Shown here: positions 51,770-57,481 of the stretch, piece by piece
Layout: every line of letters starts with the position of its first letter
How positions within the stretch are numbered: position 1 is the first letter of the stretch
NCBI GenBank assembly: GCA_041671125.1
Contig: JBAZCA010000004.1
Location: forward strand, 23,029-87,028
Length of the DNA stretch: 64,000 nucleotides
DNA from: Patescibacteria group bacterium
Lineage (GTDB): Bacteria; Patescibacteriota; Patescibacteriia; Patescibacteriales; JBAZCA01
Direction of reading: 5' to 3'
The notes under the pieces: generated by a model
Database searches by the model: none
What the model saw: only the letters and a program-made list of their open reading frames with translations
What the model was told of the DNA's origin: nothing
Made by a program: the position numbers and the translations under genes

Positions 51770-53230
51770 TTATCCGTTTATGGCTTTTCTATACAGCTTG
51801 ACGTATTTTTTCGCCGGTATTTCCCAGCTGTTGGACTGCTTTAATGCCCGGCTGACGATCATGTTCCAGTAATTTTTCTGCTTATAAGTTTCTAAAGCCC
51901 TTATTATGGTACCGTATAGGGAAAATTTGTCAAAATTCTTAAAAGAAAAGCCTGTTCCCCGGGCAGGTTTCCTTATATCAAAATTATCCACTGTGTCATT
52001 TAAGCCGCCGACCTTCCTTATGATCGGGATAGCTCCGTAGCGCATGGCGATAAGCTGGTTGATGCCGCAGGGCTCGTGATAGGAGGGAAGGAGAAACAAA
52101 TCCGCGCCGGCGTAAATCAGAGTTTCAATTTTCTGGTCAAAGGGAATCCAGTAGATTTTTTTCGGGTATTTTTTCCGGATTTTTTTCAAAGCGTTAATAT
52201 ACTCCTTATCGCCGTTCCCCATAATGATTAACTGCAAATCAAGTTTGGCCAGAGACTCAAGCAGTTTTACGATTAACTCAAAGCCTTTCTGAAAAGTTAC
52301 CCTTGAAGTTGAGCAGATTAGCGGGATGCCGCCTTCCGGCGCGAGGCCGAACATTTTTTGGACATACTCCTTGTTGGTTTTTTTATTCACGCTGGATTGT
52401 TCGTCAAACCTTTTTACGAGCCCCGGGTCATTGGCCGGATTATAGGCTTTGTAATCTATGCCGTTAATAATTCCGTAAAGCCGGCCGGAGCGGTTCCTCA
52501 AGATACAATGGAGATCCTGGCCGAATTTTTTAGTCATAATTTCTTCCCGGTATTGCTCGCTTACCGTGTTAATTATGTCGGCAAAAAGTATTCCTCTTTT
52601 GGCGAAATTCAGGTACTCAATATTCGGATTCGCCAGAGCCGGTATATCGCCTTTCCCATAGTCCTTTTTTTCCGGAGGCACTTCCCACCAATTCCTTCCG
52701 AGCTGGAAAGCGAGGTTATGGATAGTAAACACCGATTTGGCGTTCCGGAGAATTTCATAGTCTTTAGGCCTGGTTTTTAAAAGGTAGGGGATTAGTCCGG
52801 TTTGCCAGTCATGGCAATGGATTATATCCGCCCTGAATTTGAGAAGCGAGACCAGTTTTAGGGCGGCGGCGTTAAAAATAAAAAATCGGGCGTTTTCATG
52901 CAGCGATCCGTAAATGGCTTTTTTCCCTGAAAAGTATTTTTTGCATTCCACGAAATATACCGGCGAATCTTCTTTTAAATAGCCGCGCCAGTAATTGACC
53001 TTTATGGATTCGGCTGAATTCAGGCTGACGCTGATATCTCTTTCAACCAGTTCCAGATCATATTTTTTTTTATCGGTTATTTTTCCGTAAAGGGGTGTAA
53101 TAACTATTACTTCATGCCCAAGCCGACCGAGCGCCTTTGAAAGGCTTCTTACCACGTCCGCCAGTCCGCCGGTTTTTGAGAACGGCGCCACTTCGCTGGC
53201 TATGGAAACAATTTTCAATTTGTTGGACAT
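51770..53230 (-). CDS. glgA: Glycogen/starch synthase (GT5), paralogue 2
   Basis: 486 aa. It contains IVSIASEVAPFSKTGGLADVVRSLSKAL, PSYHEPCGINQLIAMRYGAIPII and VGGLNDTV. Confidence 0.88.
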   Translation of the reverse strand: MSNKLKIVSIASEVAPFSKTGGLADVVRSLSKALGRLGHEVIVITPLYGKITDKKKYDLELVERDISVSLNSAESIKVNYWRGYLKEDSPVYFVECKKYFSGKKAIYGSLHENARFFIFNAAALKLVSLLKFRADIIHCHDWQTGLIPYLLKTRPKDYEILRNAKSVFTIHNLAFQLGRNWWEVPPEKKDYGKGDIPALANPNIEYLNFAKRGILFADIINTVSEQYREEIMTKKFGQDLHCILRNRSGRLYGIINGIDYKAYNPANDPGLVKRFDEQSSVNKKTNKEYVQKMFGLAPEGGIPLICSTSRVTFQKGFELIVKLLESLAKLDLQLIIMGNGDKEYINALKKIRKKYPKKIYWIPFDQKIETLIYAGADLFLLPSYHEPCGINQLIAMRYGAIPIIRKVGGLNDTVDNFDIRKPARGTGFSFKNFDKFSLYGTIIRALETYKQKNYWNMIVSRALKQSNSWEIPAKKYVKLYRKAING

Positions 53231-53239
53231 GATGGGTGT

Positions 53240-54469
53240 TTAGCCGACAAAGTTTGGCGCATCGGCGCTGAATTTTTTAAAATCAGAGATGATTTTTTTA
53301 ATCATGTCCCTGGTTATGTCCCGTCCGCCAAGGCCGACGACGAAACTTTTTATTTCGGCCGGGTTTTTCTGGAGGACGGCTTTTAGATCCGAAGCCAGCG
53401 GCCCGATATGGCCTAAAGATATGGATTTATCAATAACCGCTATTTTTTTCGTTTTTTCGCAGATTTTTCCGATCTCTTTGCCAGGAAAAGGCCGGAAGCA
53501 TTTTATTTTTAAAATTCCGACCCGATGTCCGGCGGATTTTTTATCCGCATTCCATTCGTCAACAGCTTCTTTCATGGTTCCGATGACCGATCCCATGGCG
53601 ACGAGAATAATGTCCGGATTTTTCGGGCCATAGTATTCGGTTAAACCCGTATCTCGTATCTCATATCTCATATCTCGCCTGCCTGCCGACGAGGCAGGTA
53701 TTTTATCTTTTTTCTGATTTTTCGTTTCAGCCAGGCTAAAGATGTTCATCAGTTTTTCATATTCATCCGAAATAATTTTTTTTGAAGCCAGGATGTCGTC
53801 ATTTAAGTCCTGCCTTATTTCCATGTAATGGTCAGGTGTCGCGAGCGCCCCGAGGGTAACCGGGTTAGCCGGATCAAGATATTCTCCGGTTTTTGGCTTA
53901 TAATCCGGCAAGAATTTTTTTATGGTTTTTTCATCCGGAAGCGCCACCGGCTCAAGGGTGTGGGTAAGGATAAATCCGTCCAGGTTTACCATGACCGGAA
54001 TTTGCAGTTTTTCCGCTACTTTATAAGCGAGCAAATGCTGGGCAATAGTTTCCTGGACGTCTTCGGCGAAAAGCATGATCCAGCCGGCGTCGCGGACGGC
54101 CATGGCGTCGGACTGGTCGTTCCAGATATTAATCGGAGCGGAAACCGCCCGGTTGGCGACGGTCATGACAACCGGCAGGCGCATGCCAGCGATATTAAAA
54201 ACTACTTCAGCCATAAGCAATAGTCCCTGGGAGCTCGTTGCCGTATAAGTCCGTACCCCAGCCGCCGAAGCGCCGGCGACTATGGAAGCGGCGGCGAATT
54301 CGCTTTCGGCCCGGACATATTCGTATTTTCCTTCACCGTCGGCTTTGAATTTCGCCAGGTCTTCAACAATGTGGGTTTGGGGAGTTATCGGGTAAGCCGA
54401 AACCACGCCCGGGTTTATGAGGTTTATTAACTTTGCTATGGCGTTTGAGCCTTCAAGAATTTGCCGCAT
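53240..54469 (-). CDS. porA: 2-oxoacid (pyruvate):ferredoxin oxidoreductase alpha subunit
   Basis: 409 aa. It contains EGSNAIAKLINLINPGVVSAYPITPQT, ESEFAAASIVAGASAAGVRTYTATSSQGL and LVAMGS. Confidence 0.85.
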   Translation of the reverse strand: MRQILEGSNAIAKLINLINPGVVSAYPITPQTHIVEDLAKFKADGEGKYEYVRAESEFAAASIVAGASAAGVRTYTATSSQGLLLMAEVVFNIAGMRLPVVMTVANRAVSAPINIWNDQSDAMAVRDAGWIMLFAEDVQETIAQHLLAYKVAEKLQIPVMVNLDGFILTHTLEPVALPDEKTIKKFLPDYKPKTGEYLDPANPVTLGALATPDHYMEIRQDLNDDILASKKIISDEYEKLMNIFSLAETKNQKKDKIPASSAGRRDMRYEIRDTGLTEYYGPKNPDIILVAMGSVIGTMKEAVDEWNADKKSAGHRVGILKIKCFRPFPGKEIGKICEKTKKIAVIDKSISLGHIGPLASDLKAVLQKNPAEIKSFVVGLGGRDITRDMIKKIISDFKKFSADAPNFVG

Positions 54470-54492
54470 AAAAGTTTAGAATTTAAAATTTT

Positions 54493-54762
54493 TCATTTTT
54501 GTTCCAGATCCATGCCAATCACTTTAAACGGGCATTCGCCCGCGCAAAGGCCGCAACCTTTGCAGTAATCGTAATTGATTATTGCTTTAGGTTTGGCGTG
54601 GCCGGTTACCGGGTCAATGGAAATAATCCCTTCCGGGCAGACCCGGGTGCAGATTGCGCAGCCGGTGCATTTATTAAAATCCACCTCTGGCTTAAAAGTC
54701 CGCCAGGCGCCGGTTTTATTTTTTTCCGTGGAATTGGGTTTTACGGATATGGGTAATTTCAT
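54493..54762 (-). CDS. porD: 2-oxoacid:ferredoxin oxidoreductase delta subunit (2x[4Fe-4S] ferredoxin)
   Basis: 89 aa. It has CTGCAICTRVCP and CKGCGLCAGECP cluster motifs. Confidence 0.85.
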   Translation of the reverse strand: MKLPISVKPNSTEKNKTGAWRTFKPEVDFNKCTGCAICTRVCPEGIISIDPVTGHAKPKAIINYDYCKGCGLCAGECPFKVIGMDLEQK

Positions 54763-54776
54763 GTTTTTATTTTATC

Positions 54777-54869
54777 GTCATCCTGACCCCGCATTCGCGG
54801 GGGAAGGATCTCGCATTTAGAGCTATTACCACGGGATTCTTCGCTACGTTTCACTTCGCTCAGAATGAC
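54777..54869. repeat. GTCAT...GATGAC inverted-repeat element (93 nt) between porG and porD
   Basis: gtcatcctgaccccgcattcgcgggggaaggatctcg ... cgggattcttcgctacgtttcacttcgctcagaatgac. It is stop-free in the VIL... frame. Confidence 0.85.
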
Positions 54870-54876
54870 GGCCGAT

Positions 54877-55449
54877 TTATTTAACTGCCGCGTAGGCTTT
54901 TTCTATGGCGGCGATATTCTTTTTTACCACTTCTTCGCCCTTTCCGGCAAGCTGTTCCTTAATAGCTTCATCAAGTGATTTCAGCGTAATGAAACCGGTA
55001 ATTTTTGAAAAAGCTCCAAGAATTACCGTATTAACAATGTTTCTGCCGATTGTTTCCAGGGCGATTTTAGTCGCGTCCAGGGTGTGGATTTTTTCGGCCG
55101 GCAACTTAGCAACTTTACTTATTTCCTCCGCGCTTTTGGCGGTGTTAATAATCATTATCGTATTTTTTCCGGCGCCTTCGGAAAGGTTAACCGCGCCTAA
55201 AAGGGTCGCGTCCTGGACGATTATCACGTCCGGATGGTAGACATGTTCGCGCAGGCGGATCGGTTTTTCGTCAATCCGGGAAAAAGCCATAATCGGCGCG
55301 CCCCGGCGTTCCACGCCGAAATAGGGGAAGGCCTGGGCTTCTTTTCCGTCGCGGAAAGCCGAGACGGCGATCAATTCGGCGGAAGTAACGACTCCCTGGC
55401 CGCCGCGGCCGTGGATTCTTATTTGGAGCATAGAAGTGATAATTTTCAA
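54877..55449 (-). CDS. porG: 2-oxoacid:ferredoxin oxidoreductase gamma subunit
   Basis: 190 aa. It contains IRIHGRGGQGVVTSAELIA and FPYFGVERRGAP. Confidence 0.85.
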   Translation of the reverse strand: MKIITSMLQIRIHGRGGQGVVTSAELIAVSAFRDGKEAQAFPYFGVERRGAPIMAFSRIDEKPIRLREHVYHPDVIIVQDATLLGAVNLSEGAGKNTIMIINTAKSAEEISKVAKLPAEKIHTLDATKIALETIGRNIVNTVILGAFSKITGFITLKSLDEAIKEQLAGKGEEVVKKNIAAIEKAYAAVK

Positions 55450-55470
55450 TTTCTAATTTTAAATTAGTTC

Positions 55471-55548
55471 GTCATTCTGAGGCCGAAGGCCGAAGAATCT
55501 CGTGGCAATAGCTCTGTTCACGGGATCCTTCGCTACGCTCAGGATGAC
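55471..55548. repeat. GTCAT...GATGAC inverted-repeat element (78 nt)
   Basis: gtcattctgaggccgaaggccgaagaatctcgtg...gggatccttcgctacgctcaggatgac. This is the closest relative of the leuS-internal copy. Confidence 0.85.
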
Positions 55549-55595
55549 GACAAAAATTTTTTCATTTTATATTTAGTTCTTTCCGCGAATAGGGT

Positions 55596-56249
55596 TTACT
55601 CACTTGTCATCTGCTTTATTAATTTATCCCAAATGTCCAGTGGCATATCTCCTTTTACCATATAACCGTTTATAATCCAAGTCGGTGTGCCTGAGAGGCC
55701 AATTGCCTGCGCTTCCAAGACATCCTTCTTAATATCCTCCCGGTATTTATTTCCATCATAGCATTCTTTAAAGCGGGCTTCGTTAGCGCCGATTTGTTTC
55801 GCGGCTTCCAGTATGCCGTCCGCCGTATTAATGCCCTGGTTTAAAAAAAGCTTGTCATGCATGGGCCAGAAAAGCCCCTGCTCGCCGGCGCATCTCGCCC
55901 CTTCGGCAAGATCCAAAGATTCTTCAAACTGCGGGTAATCCTTGTAAACCAGTTGGACGTCTTTTTTGTAAGTCGTTATCAGTTCGCGGATAGTTGAAAA
56001 GGAATTTTTACAGTTCGGACAGGCAAAATCGCCGAACTCAATAATCGTTACTTTCGGGTCAGCCGATCCGAGCCAGTAGTTGCCGACAATATTAATATCA
56101 TGCTTTTTTCCGCCGAGCCGTATTTTGCCGGCGAGATCAGCCCGGGTTTCCCGGTATATTTTAACGATATAGAAACCAAAGGCAATGCCAAAAGCCAGGG
56201 TAAAGAAAAGCGCGAGGAACAAAATTATTTTTAATATTTTTTTCGCCAT
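55596..56249 (-). CDS. DsbA-family thiol:disulfide oxidoreductase, membrane anchored
   Basis: 217 aa. It has an N-terminal TM helix and the thioredoxin-fold active site FGDFACPNC. Confidence 0.78.
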   Translation of the reverse strand: MAKKILKIILFLALFFTLAFGIAFGFYIVKIYRETRADLAGKIRLGGKKHDINIVGNYWLGSADPKVTIIEFGDFACPNCKNSFSTIRELITTYKKDVQLVYKDYPQFEESLDLAEGARCAGEQGLFWPMHDKLFLNQGINTADGILEAAKQIGANEARFKECYDGNKYREDIKKDVLEAQAIGLSGTPTWIINGYMVKGDMPLDIWDKLIKQMTSE

Positions 56250-56327
56250 TTGAAATAGCGCTAAGGATGGATTATAATGTAAATAGATAGCTTAATTTAA
56301 ATCTGCGATGCTTTAAAATAAATATTT

Positions 56328-56476
56328 GTCATCCTGAGGCCGATTAGGCTGAAGGATCTGCAGTTGCAATAATCTGGAGATATTGCATGTTCTATAAGGT
56401 TAGTCTATAAATTGACCGCCATTTGACTATGCAAGGTTGTAGATCCTTCGCTCCGTTCCACTCCGCTCAGGATGAC
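56328..56476. repeat. GTCAT...GATGAC inverted-repeat element (long copy)
   Basis: gtcatcctgaggccgattaggctgaaggatct ... agatccttcgctccgttccactccgctcaggatgac. Confidence 0.8.
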
Positions 56477-56504
56477 AATGGTAATAATATTATATCATTT
56501 TCTC

Positions 56505-56660
56505 ATGAATAAACAAAGTAAAAGTAATTACGAAGCCATCCAGTCTGAACTGGAAAAAAAACGCGAGAGGCGGGAGAGAAAAAAACGGCCCAAGATGAAA
56601 GTGAGCGGCGCGGGGGTGAAGAGGTTGCAGGGATTGATTATTAAGAAAGCGGTTTCTTAA
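56505..56660 (+). CDS. Hypothetical small basic protein (51 aa)
   Basis: MNKQSKSNYEAIQSELEKKRERRERKKRPKMKVSGAGVKRLQGLIIKKAVS. I trimmed the track start (56472) because it lies inside the repeat element. Confidence 0.35.
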   Translation: MNKQSKSNYEAIQSELEKKRERRERKKRPKMKVSGAGVKRLQGLIIKKAVS

Positions 56661-56939
56661 TTTGTCATACCGGCCAGCGAGCCGGTATCCAGGCTTAAGA
56701 GGCAATAATGCCTTTAACTTAAAAACATCAAAAGAGCTTTTGACTCTGGATTCCCGCTTTCGCGGGAATGACAGGTAGGGAGTGCCATGGCTCGGTTGAC
56801 AAGCCCGGCTATAATAGGGTAAGTTAATGGGTTATTTATATATTTTGCTCGTTTAAATAGTGTTTTTTCCGGACAATACCAGGCAGGCTGGCGGTTATCC
56901 GGTGGAGGATATTTTTTGAATTTTTGAGAGGGAAAGGGG

Positions 56940-57197
56940 GTGATTTTATTGAAGGCAAGAATCGCTTTAGCGATTCTGAGCCATGCCCCGGCTTGTGTGC
57001 TGGGAAAGGCGGTGCTTTTACTGTTGGGTACCGCTGTCTACTTCTTCTGGAGTGGGCAGGTTTCCTGGCTTACGTTAGGGGCGGCCGTGGCGACTGGAAT
57101 CATGGGGTTGGTATTGATTTGGTTCCAGGCAGATCTGGCACTTTGGTTTCTGGCGTCAAACGAAGATGTCGCCATGGCATGGAAGGAAGAGGGGTAA
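56940..57197 (+). CDS. Hypothetical small membrane protein (85 aa, 3 predicted TM helices)
   Basis: A GTG start preceded by GGGAAAGGGGG (RBS-like). It is followed by a strong terminator at 57220-57250. The overlapping frame 56924-57232 is less protein-like. Confidence 0.45.
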   Translation: MILLKARIALAILSHAPACVLGKAVLLLLGTAVYFFWSGQVSWLTLGAAVATGIMGLVLIWFQADLALWFLASNEDVAMAWKEEG

Positions 57198-57219
57198 AAT
57201 CCTCTGAACATTTTTGTCT

Positions 57220-57250
57220 GCCCGGGAGATAGGAACCCGGGCTTTTTTTT
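57220..57250 (+). terminator. Rho-independent terminator
   Basis: gcccggg-agataggaa-cccgggc followed by TTTTTTTT. Confidence 0.8.
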
Positions 57251-57397
57251 GTCTGAACTACTGATCTGCCCTCGCTCGCCTCGCTTTCGCTCCGGCGAAG
57301 CGGGCCGGCTGGCGGGTTTTCACATGATTTCCCTGATTATACTGATTTTAATTTTCTGTGTAATCACGTGCTTTCAGTAAGAATCAGTGGTTCAGAC
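57251..57397. repeat. Long hairpin element upstream of leuS with locus-specific terminal stem
   Basis: gtctgaactactgat...gaatcagtggttcagac. The interior block ctcgctcgcctcgctttcgctccggcgaagcggg resembles 42312-42345. Confidence 0.7.
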
Positions 57398-57481
57398 AAG
57401 CGGCACGGCAAGGCTTGAAAAATCATGAAAATTAGCCTAATATGGTAAACATAATAATTGGAGTAAAAATAAGGCAACAAT

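Noticed and set aside
57251-57481. A T-box leader upstream of leuS.
   Set aside because: No T-box sequence (AAnnnGGGUGGUACCGCG-like), no specifier-loop architecture and no terminator/antiterminator pair is present. The structure here is one of the long hairpin repeat elements.
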